Shown here: piece after piece, positions 28,750-37,388 of the stretch | How the letters are laid out: each line of letters opens with the position of its first letter | Position numbering within the stretch: the first letter of the stretch is position 1 | Assembly (NCBI GenBank): GCA_045125895.1 | Contig: JBGVNT010000007.1 | Location: 2,934 to 66,933, forward strand | Direction: 5' to 3' | DNA from: Alistipes sp. | GTDB taxonomy: Bacteria; Bacteroidota; Bacteroidia; Bacteroidales; Rikenellaceae | DNA: 64,000 nucleotides | The notes under the pieces: model-generated | What the model saw: only the letters and a program-made list of their open reading frames with translations | Databases searched by the model: none | What the model was told of the DNA's origin: nothing | Program-made: the position numbers and the translations under genes

Positions 28750-30003
28750 ATGGAACAGCGTGTAGTGATCACGGGCTTGGGAGTTATATCGCCCGTAGGA
28801 AACAATATCTCGGATTTTTGGCAGTCGCTTGCCCAGGGTAAGTGCGGCATTGACCACATAAAGGGCTATGAGGAGTATGAGCTCCCCGTTAGCGTTGCCG
28901 GTCAGGTTAAGGATTTCAATCCCGAAGAGCAGGGCTTGGAACGCAACGATGTGCGTCGCAACGACCCCTATTGCCAGTACGCATTGGCGGCAGCTATTCA
29001 GGCTATGAACGATAGCGGACTTAAGTCGGGTGAAAATATCTCCGCAGAGCGCTTGGGCGTGTATATCGGCTCGGGCATAGGTGGCTTGCAGACCTTCGTT
29101 ACAGAGACCGAGAAACTGCTTAATGAGGGTGTACACCGCATTTCGCCACTCTTTGTGCCGATGATGATTTCCAATATCGCAGCCGGAAATGTAGCCATAA
29201 AATTTGGCGCACAGGGCGTATGCTTGCCCGTAGTTACGGCTTGCGCTACGGGAACACATGCCGCAGGCGAGGCTTATCGTGCCATTAAGCATGGCTATGC
29301 CGATGCCGTAATTACGGGAGGAGCCGAGGCCTCGGTGCATCCTTTGGCTATCGGAGGCTTCGCAAACAGCAAGGCCCTGAGTCGTTCGACCGACCCCTTG
29401 AAGGCGTCGATTCCATTCAACGCCAAACGCAATGGCTTTGTAATGGCCGAGGGTGCGGGTGTGTTGGTTTTCGAGTCGTTGGAGAGTGCTCAAAAGCGTG
29501 GCGCACACATCTATGCCGAGGTTGTAGGCTATGGCAATAGCTGTGATGCTCACCATGTTACGGCTCCGAGTCCCGACGGAGTACCCGCATCGCGTGCAAT
29601 CAGGCAGTCGCTCGATGAGGCGAAGTTCGATGCCCAAAGCGATGTGCTCTACATCAATGCACATGGCACATCTACGCCGCTGAACGACAAGTCGGAGACT
29701 GCGGCCATTAAGCTCGCCATGGGTGAGGAGGCTGCCCATAAGGCTATGATTAGCTCGACGAAGTCGATGACGGGCCATATGTTGGGTGCTACGGGCGCTG
29801 TGGAGTTGATAGCTGCCACTTTGGCGCTGAAAAATGGAGTTGTGCCCCCCACCATAGGACTTGATGAGCCCGATGCGGAGTGCGATTTGGACTACACGCC
29901 CAATGTGGCACGCAAGGCGGAGCTTACGATAGCCATATCGAACTCTTTGGGCTTTGGAGGTCACAATGCCTGCGTAGCACTCCGAAAGTGGAACGAGGAG
30001 TAA
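28750..30003 (+). CDS. fabF: 3-oxoacyl-ACP synthase II
   Basis: VVITGLG, TACATG, INAHGTST, KSMTGH, NSLGFGGHN. Confidence 0.96.
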   Translation: MEQRVVITGLGVISPVGNNISDFWQSLAQGKCGIDHIKGYEEYELPVSVAGQVKDFNPEEQGLERNDVRRNDPYCQYALAAAIQAMNDSGLKSGENISAERLGVYIGSGIGGLQTFVTETEKLLNEGVHRISPLFVPMMISNIAAGNVAIKFGAQGVCLPVVTACATGTHAAGEAYRAIKHGYADAVITGGAEASVHPLAIGGFANSKALSRSTDPLKASIPFNAKRNGFVMAEGAGVLVFESLESAQKRGAHIYAEVVGYGNSCDAHHVTAPSPDGVPASRAIRQSLDEAKFDAQSDVLYINAHGTSTPLNDKSETAAIKLAMGEEAAHKAMISSTKSMTGHMLGATGAVELIAATLALKNGVVPPTIGLDEPDAECDLDYTPNVARKAELTIAISNSLGFGGHNACVALRKWNEE

Positions 30004-30051
30004 AGCATAGGTTTAATACGGAAAGACTAAAACATTAAAATATAGCGATAT

Positions 30052-30798
30052 ATGAAACTTTTAGAGGGTAAAGTAGCACTTGTAACAGGTGCTGCACGAG
30101 GTATAGGCAAGGCTGTGGCAATGCGATTTGCCGAGCAGGGTGCCGACATCGCCATTACCGATTTGGTGATAAACGAGGCTGCCGAGCAGACCGTAAAGGA
30201 GTTGGAGGCTTATGGTGTGAGGGTCAAGGCTTACGCATCGAATGCCGCATCGTTCGACGAGGCGCACGAGGTTGTGAAGCAGGTTGTCGAGGAGTTTGGC
30301 CGTGTGGATGTGTTGGTGAACAATGCCGGCATTACGAAGGATGGCCTTATGATGCGCATGTCGGAGGCACAATGGGATGCCGTAATCAATGTGAATCTGA
30401 AGTCGGCATTCAACTTTATTCATGCCGTAACCCCCGTTATGGCACGCCAGAGGGGCGGTTCGATTATCAACATGTCGTCGGTTGTGGGCGTGTCGGGCAA
30501 TGCCGGGCAGTGCAATTATTCAGCCTCGAAAGCCGGTATGATAGGCCTTGCGAAGTCTATCGCCAAGGAGATGGGCCCTCGCGGTATTCGTGCCAACTGC
30601 ATCGCTCCGGGTTTTATCATCACCGAGATGACCGCAGCGCTGCCTGAGTCGGTGCGTGAGGCGTGGAATCAGCTCATACCCCTGCGTCGCGGCGGTACAC
30701 CCGACGATGTGGCAAATGTGGCATTGTTCTTGGCCAGCGACCTCTCGAGCTATGTCAGTGGGCAAGTTATCCACTGCTGTGGCGCAATGAACTGCTAA
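30052..30798 (+). CDS. fabG: 3-oxoacyl-ACP reductase
   Basis: TGAARGIG, NNAGITKD, NYSASK; in fab cluster. Confidence 0.93.
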   Translation: MKLLEGKVALVTGAARGIGKAVAMRFAEQGADIAITDLVINEAAEQTVKELEAYGVRVKAYASNAASFDEAHEVVKQVVEEFGRVDVLVNNAGITKDGLMMRMSEAQWDAVINVNLKSAFNFIHAVTPVMARQRGGSIINMSSVVGVSGNAGQCNYSASKAGMIGLAKSIAKEMGPRGIRANCIAPGFIITEMTAALPESVREAWNQLIPLRRGGTPDDVANVALFLASDLSSYVSGQVIHCCGAMNC

Positions 30799-30830
30799 GC
30801 CGGCAGAAAGTTGCAGGGGTGTAACTCTGT

Positions 30831-30895
30831 TTTAGGGAATTTAGGGAGATTAGGGAAATTAACGCTAATCTCCCTAAATTCCTTAAATTCTTTAA
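30831..30895. repeat. Inverted nonamer tandem element
   Basis: TTAGGGAAT TTAGGGAGA TTAGGGAAA TTAACGCT AATCTCCCT AAATTCCTT AAATTCTTT. Confidence 0.7.
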
Positions 30896-30901
30896 TATTT
30901 T

Positions 30902-30975
30902 GTCATGTCAGTCATTAGTACAATGTTAGGTTGTTGGTATCGGTAAATCAACACTTTGCATTAATGTGGCATGAT
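30902..30975 (-). repeat. Solo half-unit of the CGTC doublet family (copy E)
   Basis: 32-nt loop differs at only two positions from the right half of copy A (13122-13153). Confidence 0.82.
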
Positions 30976-30988
30976 AATATTATTATAT

Positions 30989-31154
30989 AGATTCTCACGC
31001 TATTATTTTTTTTAGATTCTCGCGTCGGCTTATGCCTCCTCAGAATGACAAAAAAAATAATTGCTCAGAATGACGGGTTAGCTACCCAATGGCGTCACTC
31101 TGAGAGAGCTTTAGCGACCGTGAGAGTCTAAAAAAATAATTGCTCATAATGACG
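30989..31154. repeat. Nested short CGTC-type REP units
   Basis: Unit 31014-31049 inside unit 30989-31075; further unit 31093-31129. Confidence 0.8.
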
Positions 31155-31308
31155 ACGAACATCTTACTCGTTACACTCGCTTTCGCGTCTGTTGCTCTTC
31201 AATTCTGGTAGACAATATTATGATTGTTTTTCTCGAAAAAAATACTTAAATTAGCGCAATAAATTGCCGGAATGAATCCGAAATAGAAATTAATTAAACT
31301 ATATAGCT

Positions 31309-32013
31309 ATGAATCAGAGAGATGTAATCATTGCATGTGATTTCAGCAGCATGGATGCTACGCTTGCATTTTTGGACAAGTTTACCGACTGTAAGCCTTT
31401 CGTGAAAATTGGTATGGAACTTTATTATGCCGCAGGCCCTGCTATTGTGTGGGAGTTGAAGGCGCGAGGTCATAAAATCTTCCTTGACCTGAAGTTGCAC
31501 GACATCCCCAACACCGTAAAGAAGGCGATGAAGGTATTGTCGGCTCTCAATGTCGATATGTGTAACCTCCACGCAGCTGGCACTATCGAGATGATGAAGG
31601 CTGCACTTGAGGGTCTTACTCGCCCCGATGGTTCACGACCCATTTTGTTGGCTGTAACGCAGCTCACATCAACAAGCGAGGAGCGCATGCAGCGCGATTT
31701 GCTTATCAATGCCTCGATTAACGATACCATTGTTCACTATGCAAAAAATGCCAAAGAGGCAGGTCTTGATGGCGTTGTATGCTCTCCGTTGGAGGCCGGC
31801 ATGGTCAAGGAGGCTTGTGGCAAGGAGTTCGTGACCGTCACTCCGGGCGTTCGCTTTGCCGATGGCGTTGTGGGTGACCAGGTGAGAGTCACTACCCCCG
31901 AGCGTGCTCGCGAGATAGGTACCGACTACATCGTCGTGGGTCGCCCCATCACCGAGGCTGACGACCCCGTAGCGGCATATAAGCGTTGCGTGGCAGAGTT
32001 TGTCGGAGAGTAA
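31309..32013 (+). CDS. pyrF: Orotidine-5'-phosphate decarboxylase
   Basis: [26 protein letters not shown]. Confidence 0.96.
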   Translation: MNQRDVIIACDFSSMDATLAFLDKFTDCKPFVKIGMELYYAAGPAIVWELKARGHKIFLDLKLHDIPNTVKKAMKVLSALNVDMCNLHAAGTIEMMKAALEGLTRPDGSRPILLAVTQLTSTSEERMQRDLLINASINDTIVHYAKNAKEAGLDGVVCSPLEAGMVKEACGKEFVTVTPGVRFADGVVGDQVRVTTPERAREIGTDYIVVGRPITEADDPVAAYKRCVAEFVGE

Positions 32014-32035
32014 AGAGTGTTGGGCGTTTTGAATT

Positions 32036-32139
32036 GTCATTCCACCGAGCCAAAGGCGAGGATTGGAATCTCTACCGAAATAATTTGCCGTTAGAGATGC
32101 CGGTCATTTTCTCGCTATCGCTCCAAAATGTGGCATGAC
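32036..32139. repeat. Compact CGTC doublet (copy F)
   Basis: GTCATTCCAC-short-GATTGGAATCTC ... GAGATGCCGGTC-short-GTGGCATGAC: same termini as copies A-D with short interiors. Confidence 0.75.
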
Positions 32140-32221
32140 ACTATCTTCGCTAAACTCTCTAAATTCCTTAATATCGTTTAACGCCAATAGAATATAAAGT
32201 AATAAAAAATTAAATAAGATT

Positions 32222-32854
32222 ATGAAAAAGAGTATTGCAAAAGACCTTCTTTCAATCGGCGCAGTATTTTTGCGCCCCGAGCAACCATTTACTTGGGCAA
32301 GTGGCATCAAGAGCCCTATCTATTGTGACAACCGCCTGACACTCACAGCGCCCCGCGTGCGTGACAATGTCGAGAAGGGTTTGTCGGAGCTTGTGAAGTC
32401 TTATTTCCCTGAGTGTGAGGTGTTGATGGGTACATCGACTGCCGGTATTGCTCATGCAGCTATCGTGGCTACAATTTTGGACAAGCCTATGGGCTATGTG
32501 CGCAGCGGAGCGAAGGACCACGGCCGTACCAACCAGATTGAGGGTAAGCTGGAGAAGGGTCAGAAGGTTGTCGTAGTCGAGGATTTGATTTCGACAGGTG
32601 GCAGCTGCATCGAGGTTGTGAATGTACTGCGTGAGGCTGGTGCCGATGTACTGGGTGTTGTGAGCATCTTCACCTATGGCATGAAGAAGGGTTTGGACCG
32701 CATGGCCGAGGCCAATGTCATCAACCACTCGCTCTGCGACTTGGACGCTTTGGTCGAGGTGGCTGCCGAGGAGGGTTACATCAAGCAGGAGGATTGCGCA
32801 CGCATCATCGCCTTTAGAAACAACCCCTCGGACGAGAGCTGGATTAACAAATAG
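32222..32854 (+). CDS. pyrE: Orotate phosphoribosyltransferase
   Basis: [28 protein letters not shown]. Confidence 0.96.
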   Translation: MKKSIAKDLLSIGAVFLRPEQPFTWASGIKSPIYCDNRLTLTAPRVRDNVEKGLSELVKSYFPECEVLMGTSTAGIAHAAIVATILDKPMGYVRSGAKDHGRTNQIEGKLEKGQKVVVVEDLISTGGSCIEVVNVLREAGADVLGVVSIFTYGMKKGLDRMAEANVINHSLCDLDALVEVAAEEGYIKQEDCARIIAFRNNPSDESWINK

Positions 32855-32881
32855 AGTCTTAAACGGAAAAATTTTGCGATT

Positions 32882-33970
32882 ATGCGTCACTTGATTGATA
32901 CTACCGATATTTCGGTGGCCGAAGTTGACCAGATAATAAATACGGCGCTCGACATCATCGCCCATCGCGAGAAGTATGCCGAGGCCTGTAAGGGTAAGAA
33001 GTTGGCTACGCTCTTTTATGAGCCGAGTACGCGTACACGCCTGAGCTTTACCTCGGCGATGATGGAGTTGGGCGGAAGCGTTTTGGGTTTCTCGGATGCC
33101 GCCTCATCGTCGGTGAGCAAGGGCGAGACCGTTGCCGATACGGTGCGTGTTTTGGGCTGCTTTGCCGATATTATCGCCATGCGCCACTCTAAGGAGGGAG
33201 CTCCACTGGTGGCTTCGCACTATTCGCGTGTGCCTGTCATCAATGCCGGTGATGGTAGCCATGCCCACCCAACGCAGACGCTGACCGACCTGCTGACTAT
33301 CCGCCGCGAGAAGGGTCGTCTGGATAACCTTACAATCGGTTTCTGTGGCGATCTGAAGTTTGGTCGCACGGTACACTCGCTCATCAAGGCTTTGTCGCGT
33401 TATGAGGGTATAAATGTGGTACTTATCGCCCCCGAGGAGCTACGCTTGCCGTCGTATATCCGTCGTGAGGTGTGCGACAAGAACAATATCCCCACCCGCG
33501 AGGTTACAACCATGGAGGAGGTGCTGCCCGAGTTGGATATCCTCTACATGACGCGCGTACAGAAGGAGCGTTTCCTCGACGAGGAGGAGTTTGAGCGCCT
33601 GAAGGATAGTTTCATTCTCAATGCCGAGCGCTTGCAGGCTGCCAAGCCCGATATGATTGTGCTGCATCCATTGCCCCGCGTCAATGAGATTACGCGCGAT
33701 GTGGATAACGACCCGCGTGCAGCATATTTCCGCCAGGTCGAGAATGGTAAGTTTGTGCGTATGGCGCTGATTTACACTCTTTTGAAGTGGGCCGAGGAGC
33801 AGCCCGCCGAGGGCCTCACACCGCGCTTGCGTGGCGAGGAGATGCACAACGATTGGCAGTGTAGTGGTCGTCAGTGCATATCGAATGCGGAGGATGTAGA
33901 TAAGTTGTTCCACCCAACCGAGGATGGCGAGTATCGTTGCGCTTATTGTGAATCAAAAGTTAAAAAATAG
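32882..33970 (+). CDS. pyrB: Aspartate carbamoyltransferase with C-terminal zinc-binding extension
   Basis: [22 protein letters not shown]; tail CSGRQC...CAYC. Confidence 0.95.
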   Translation: MRHLIDTTDISVAEVDQIINTALDIIAHREKYAEACKGKKLATLFYEPSTRTRLSFTSAMMELGGSVLGFSDAASSSVSKGETVADTVRVLGCFADIIAMRHSKEGAPLVASHYSRVPVINAGDGSHAHPTQTLTDLLTIRREKGRLDNLTIGFCGDLKFGRTVHSLIKALSRYEGINVVLIAPEELRLPSYIRREVCDKNNIPTREVTTMEEVLPELDILYMTRVQKERFLDEEEFERLKDSFILNAERLQAAKPDMIVLHPLPRVNEITRDVDNDPRAAYFRQVENGKFVRMALIYTLLKWAEEQPAEGLTPRLRGEEMHNDWQCSGRQCISNAEDVDKLFHPTEDGEYRCAYCESKVKK

Positions 33971-33998
33971 AAGTCGGAGCAAAGAGATTAGGGTTACC

Positions 33999-34207
33999 CG
34001 TCATTCCACATCACACGCACGACGAATGGGGGGTAGTTAGTGAATTGCTACCCTGCGTGTGATGATTGGAATCTACCTTTGTGGATTACGACTTTGTAAG
34101 TTCGTACTTGGTAGCAAAGGTAAATAAGCGGTAGATGCCAGTCAATTTACACATAGACCAAACAACGGACTTTGCAGCCAATCGAGTGTGTAAATTGTGG
34201 CATGACG
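33999..34207 (+). repeat. CGTC-tagged doublet palindromic element, copy B
   Basis: CGTCATTCCAC ATCACACGCA-34nt-TGCGTGTGAT GATTGGAATCTAC; spacer; GTAGATGCCAGTC AATTTACACA-33nt-TGTGTAAATT GTGGCATGACG. Confidence 0.9.
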
Positions 34208-34236
34208 CATTTGTAATGGTAAGACGAAAATATTAT

Positions 34237-34386
34237 CGTCATTCCACATCACACGCACGACGAATGGGTATAGGTAGTGAATTGCCACCCTGCGTGTGAT
34301 GATTGGAATCTACCTTTGGGAATTACAGCCTTGAAGATTGTGACTTTGCGGCGAGGTAAAACAAGTGTGTAAATTGTGGCATGACG
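34237..34386 (+). repeat. CGTC doublet copy C (right half internally deleted)
   Basis: Left half near-identical to copy B; spacer joins directly to TGTGTAAATTGTGGCATGACG; ends 14 nt before the GIY-YIG ATG. Confidence 0.88.
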
Positions 34387-34400
34387 AATACTTGAAAACT

Positions 34401-34679
34401 ATGAGAATATCATATGTTTACATATTAACCAATAAGGATAATAGTGTATTGTATACCGGCGTCACAAGTAATCTTTCACAACGAATATCGGAGCATCGTG
34501 CAAAGAGCAAAGGTGAGTTCTCTGCCCGTTATAACCTCTGCAAGGTGGTATATATCGAAGAACTGCCCGATATAAAGAGTGCTATTGCCCGAGAAAAGGC
34601 TATAAAAATGCTGTCGCGTGCGAGAAAAATTCAACTTATTGAGAGGATTAATCCTTTTTGGAAGGAATTGGTAGAATAA
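34401..34679 (+). CDS. Stand-alone GIY-YIG nuclease (92 aa)
   Basis: YVYIL...LYTGVTSNL..RI.EH...AIAREK.IK...INP.W motifs intact. Confidence 0.9.
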   Translation: MRISYVYILTNKDNSVLYTGVTSNLSQRISEHRAKSKGEFSARYNLCKVVYIEELPDIKSAIAREKAIKMLSRARKIQLIERINPFWKELVE

Positions 34680-34697
34680 TTTTAATAAAATAATAAT

Positions 34698-35888
34698 ATG
34701 GTAAAAATTGGTACCCCCATGACCGCCGTAGGCAAGAAGGCCGTGCTGTGTGGTTCGGGAGAGTTAGGCAAAGAGGTTGCTTTGGAGTTGCAACGCTTTG
34801 GTGTAGAGGTAGTTGCATTGGATAAATATGAGAATGCTCCTGCTATGCAGGTGGCACATCGCTCTTATGTGCTGTCGATGCTCGACGGCGAGCGTCTGCG
34901 CGAGATTATCGAGAAGGAGAAACCCGACTACATCATCCCCGAGGTCGAGGCTATCGCTACGCCTACGCTTGTGGAGTTGGAGAAGGAGGGCTACAATGTC
35001 ATCCCTACGGCCAACGCTACGCTTTTGACGATGAACCGCAAGGGTATCCGTCAGTTGGCTGCCGAGGAGCTCGGTATCAAGACCTCACCCTACCGTTTTG
35101 CTGCTACACGCGAGGAGTTCGATGCCGCTATCGAGGAGATTGGCACACCATGCGTCGTGAAGCCTATCATGTCGTCGTCGGGTCACGGTCAGAGTGTCTG
35201 CAAAAGCCCGGAGGGAGCTGATGCGTCGTGGAAGATTGCCCAGGAGGGTGGTCGTGCCGGAGGTGGCGAGGTTATCGTCGAGGGCTTCGTGAAGTTCGAC
35301 TACGAGATTACACTCCTCACGGTTCGTCACTCGGGCGGTACATCGTTCCTTAACCCTATCGGCCACCATCAGGTCGATGGCGACTATCGTGAGTCATGGC
35401 AGCCCCAGCCTATGAGCGAGGTGGCTTTGGCAAAGGCTCGCGATATTGCCAAGAAGGTTACAGACGCTCTTGGCGGTTACGGAATTTTTGGCGTTGAGTT
35501 GTTCGTCTGCGGCGACGAGGTGCTGTTCAGCGAGGTGTCACCCCGCCCCCACGATACAGGTATGGTGACGATGATTTCGCAGGATTTGTCGGAGTTTGCT
35601 CTCCACGCGAGGGCAATTTTGGGTCTTCCAATTCCTCATATCGAGTTCTATGGCCCATCAGCATCGAAGGCTGTGGTTGTAGAGGGCGACAGCGATAAGG
35701 TTGTGTTCAGTGGCTTGGAGGATGTGCTCTCGGAGAAGAATGTTCAGGTGCGCCTGTTCGGTAAGCCCGAGGTCAAGGGCCACCGCCGTATGGGTGTTAT
35801 CCTTGCGCGTGACAATAGCGTCGAGGAGGCTCTCGCCAAGGCTGAGGCCGCCTACGCTAAACTCCAAGTCGAGGTCCTGCCGAGATAA
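34698..35888 (+). CDS. purT: Formate-dependent GAR transformylase
   Basis: [37 protein letters not shown]. Confidence 0.96.
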   Translation: MVKIGTPMTAVGKKAVLCGSGELGKEVALELQRFGVEVVALDKYENAPAMQVAHRSYVLSMLDGERLREIIEKEKPDYIIPEVEAIATPTLVELEKEGYNVIPTANATLLTMNRKGIRQLAAEELGIKTSPYRFAATREEFDAAIEEIGTPCVVKPIMSSSGHGQSVCKSPEGADASWKIAQEGGRAGGGEVIVEGFVKFDYEITLLTVRHSGGTSFLNPIGHHQVDGDYRESWQPQPMSEVALAKARDIAKKVTDALGGYGIFGVELFVCGDEVLFSEVSPRPHDTGMVTMISQDLSEFALHARAILGLPIPHIEFYGPSASKAVVVEGDSDKVVFSGLEDVLSEKNVQVRLFGKPEVKGHRRMGVILARDNSVEEALAKAEAAYAKLQVEVLPR

Positions 35889-35892
35889 GCTG

Positions 35893-35935
35893 AAAGAGCA
35901 AAGAACATAGATTTTCAGGTCTTTGCTCTTTTTTT
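35893..35935 (+). terminator. Terminator after purT
   Basis: AAAGAGCAAAGA/TCTTTGCTCTTT hairpin plus T run; similar hairpin at 36154-36188. Confidence 0.6.
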
Positions 35936-35939
35936 ATAC

Positions 35940-36144
35940 CGTCATTCCACATTTGAGCAACGGAAGTATTGGCAAGTACGCAGTAGTTACCCTTGCTCAA
36001 ATGATTGGAAACTACCTTTGGTAATTACTACTTCGCAAGTTCGGACTTGGTAGTAAGGGAAATCAGCGGTAGATACCATTCAATTACTGCAGGTATACTA
36101 CTGCGTACCTACACCCTCGCATCGTGCAGTAATTGTGGCATGAC
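35940..36144 (+). repeat. CGTC-tagged doublet palindromic element, copy D
   Basis: Stems ATTTGAGCAA/TTGCTCAAAT (32-nt loop) and AATTACTGCA/TGCAGTAATT (33-nt loop); conserved spacer with CAAGT-TCGG-ACTTG. Confidence 0.9.
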
Positions 36145-36278
36145 AAAAAATATAAAAGAGCAAAGATCAGAAAATCTTTGCTCTTTTATTGTTGTCAATA
36201 TCCAAAGCGAATTTTGAATTTTAACCCGACACAAGTCGGCTTTTCCCTGCTTCTGCTCGGCAAAGTGTAAGATTTTCG

Positions 36279-36364
36279 AGATTCTCACGCAATTATTTTT
36301 TTCGTCACTCTGAGGGAACTTTAGCGACCGTGAGAGTCTGAAAAAATAATTGCTCAGAATGACG
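36279..36364. repeat. Nested short CGTC-type REP units
   Basis: Forward unit 36303-36339 lies in the loop of reverse unit AGATTCTCACGC...GCTCAGAATGACG. Confidence 0.82.
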
Positions 36365-36485
36365 GATTCAAAAAATAATTTTGGCAAGCTGCAAGGGCTT
36401 CCCTTAATTGCTCCGCCATAACATAGTCTGCAAGCAGCCTCTGTATATGGCTTAATCGCAATTCTGAATTTTGAATTCCTCTACC

Positions 36486-37343
36486 CTATTTCTCCATCTT
36501 CTTTAGGAAGCACTCGATGGTGTTCTCCATCAGGCAGGTGATGGTCATCGGGCCTACGCCACCCGGTACGGGAGTGATAGCCGATGCCTTGGGCTCGATA
36601 GCGGCAAAATCAACATCGCCACAGAGCTTCTTAGTCTCAGGGTCACGGTTTACACCCACATCAATCACCACAGCACCCTCTTTGACCATGTCGGCCGTTA
36701 CGAACTTCGCGCGACCGATAGCCACAACCAGAATGTCGGCACGGCGTGTCACCTCGGCCAAATCCTTGGTGCGAGAATGAGCGATAGTCACCGTAGCGTT
36801 CTCGTTCAATAAGAGCTTCGATACGGGCAGACCCACGATGTTCGAGCGGCCTACAACCACTACATCCTTGCCGGCAATCTCCACATTGGCGCGCTTCAAC
36901 AGTTTGATAATGCCCTTTGGTGTGCAGGGAAGTGTGCAGGGCTGCTTGAGCCACAAATTAGCCACATTCATAGGGTGGAAACCATCGACATCCTTCTCGG
37001 CCTTGATAGCTGCGATTACCTTGTCGGTGTCGATATGCTTGGGCAGGGGCAACTGCACCAAGATACCATCAACAGTGTCGTCGTTGTTCAATTCGTCGAT
37101 GATACCCAAAAGCTCCGCCTCCGAGATTGAGGCATCCTTGCGGATTGTGGTGTTCTTGATTCCCACCTCCTCCGAGGCTTTTGCCTTGCCCGTAACATAC
37201 GAAACGCTACCCGGGTCCTCGCCCACGAGGATAACCACCAAGTGAGGCACGCGGCCATACTTCTCGGTGAATGTTGCTACATTGGCCGCCATCTCCTGCT
37301 TGAGCGAGAGGGCCAACTCTTTACCATTTATAATTGTTGCCAT
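36486..37343 (-). CDS. folD: Methylenetetrahydrofolate dehydrogenase/cyclohydrolase
   Basis: GILVQLPLP, KDVDGFHP, PCTP, TPVPGGVGPMT. Confidence 0.97.
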   Translation of the reverse strand: MATIINGKELALSLKQEMAANVATFTEKYGRVPHLVVILVGEDPGSVSYVTGKAKASEEVGIKNTTIRKDASISEAELLGIIDELNNDDTVDGILVQLPLPKHIDTDKVIAAIKAEKDVDGFHPMNVANLWLKQPCTLPCTPKGIIKLLKRANVEIAGKDVVVVGRSNIVGLPVSKLLLNENATVTIAHSRTKDLAEVTRRADILVVAIGRAKFVTADMVKEGAVVIDVGVNRDPETKKLCGDVDFAAIEPKASAITPVPGGVGPMTITCLMENTIECFLKKMEK

Positions 37344-37388
37344 AATTTTTATCTTTTATCTTTCATCTTTGCTCTTTGAACTTTGCTC

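Noticed and set aside
34054-34070. Box C-like TGATGA suggesting a TIGR/box C-D guide array
   Set aside because: Present only in two near-identical half-units by juxtaposition of stem end and GATT; no box D pattern, no 36-nt periodicity and no Nop-domain gene.
33999-34386. CRISPR array next to a nuclease
   Set aside because: Units alternate in orientation, the variable parts are flanked by their own complementary arms, copies are dispersed, and there are no cas genes.
36005-36387. Small ORFs 36005-36217 and 36109-36387 (also 12772-12960, 10929-11255)
   Set aside because: They are largely translations of the repeat mosaics, with no coding signature.
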